Position numbers and translations under genes: made by a program. 62,748 bases of DNA, taken from NCBI GenBank assembly GCA_036794395.1, contig DAIRGS010000003.1, positions 1 through 62,748 of the forward strand, written 5' to 3'. This stretch comes from Tepidisphaeraceae bacterium (GTDB taxonomy: Bacteria > Planctomycetota > Phycisphaerae > Tepidisphaerales > Tepidisphaeraceae). Of this stretch, positions 62,616-62,748 are shown piece after piece. Under the pieces are notes generated by a model. It did no database searches. It saw nothing but the letters and a program-made list of their open reading frames with translations, and was not told where the DNA came from. The stretch's first letter is position 1. Every line of letters starts with the position of its first letter.

Positions 62616-62748
62616 CTAAATAACCGTGCGTGATTCCGCGCCATTGCATTTTCGTGGCACGGCCATCCTGGCCGTGCGCGGGGCAGCCGCGGGTCCGGCG
62701 CCGGGTCAGATGTGGGAAAACCAACTTGCCGAATCGAGCATTTCCTGT
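62616..62748 (-). repeat. Dispersed repeat unit, copy U4 (inverted orientation, cut by window end)
   Basis: The reverse complement reads ...gttggttttcccacatctgacccggcgccggacccg...ggccgtgccacgaaaatgcaatggcgcggaatcacgcacggttatttag, matching 1-174 and 44074-44245. It begins 5 bp after the hydrolase stop. Confidence 0.8.

Noticed and set aside
60388-62724. Two long minus-strand ORFs (454 aa and 295 aa)
   Set aside because: They are antisense to the alpha/beta-hydrolase gene, with His/Pro/Arg-dominated low-complexity translations. They are high-GC artefacts.

Overview
High-GC bacterial chromosome segment. The protein repertoire suggests Planctomycetota: a TPR-OGT protein, Uma2, membrane proteins ending CxxCGYDL..CPEC, a RAYT transposase and 'word-like' intergenic hairpins. 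This taxonomic call is inference only. All domain and family names come from motif recognition by eye; no database search was run.

Layout:
- 1-9.96 kb: ordinary secreted and envelope-type genes.
- 10.03-40.57 kb: two integrative elements inserted in tandem into the 3' end of a tRNA-Glu(CUC) gene (40497-40569, minus strand). A 27-bp tRNA 3' fragment recurs at 17411-17437, and a degenerate copy lies at 10027-10047.
  - Element A (~7.4 kb) has a P4/PICI-like gene set: excisionase, Zn-finger/Toprim/RecA-like primase-helicase and a tyrosine integrase.
  - Element B (~23 kb) is a defence-type island.
- 40.9-54.5 kb: housekeeping genes (asd, metH, gltX, psd-pssA).
- 54.6-60.3 kb: a decayed accessory patch with an IS remnant, a RAYT transposase with 21-bp inverted repeats, a truncated zeta-like kinase and paralogous membrane proteins.
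- 60.5-62.6 kb: an alpha/beta hydrolase.

Element B carries three modules:
- (i) A tightly coupled five-gene operon: multiubiquitin-like Ubl, a cysteine-free E2-like protein, a JAB-E1 fusion, a kinase-like protein with an unknown N-terminal domain, and a CPCGCG zinc-ribbon protein.
- (ii) A convergent ~11.7-kb operon: DUF499-type ATPase, a small protein, a 317-aa protein plus PIN toxin, a DUF1156-type DPPY methyltransferase, a PLD-SNF2 helicase and a small tail gene.
- (iii) A phage-like module: RadA-like, Gam-like and a large serine recombinase.

Modules (i) and (ii) are the best candidates for an uncharacterised system.

A dispersed ~150-170 bp repeat unit occurs five times, once as an inverted pair that forms a MITE-like element. 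Several long nested intergenic hairpins are also present. No rRNA gene or CRISPR array was seen.
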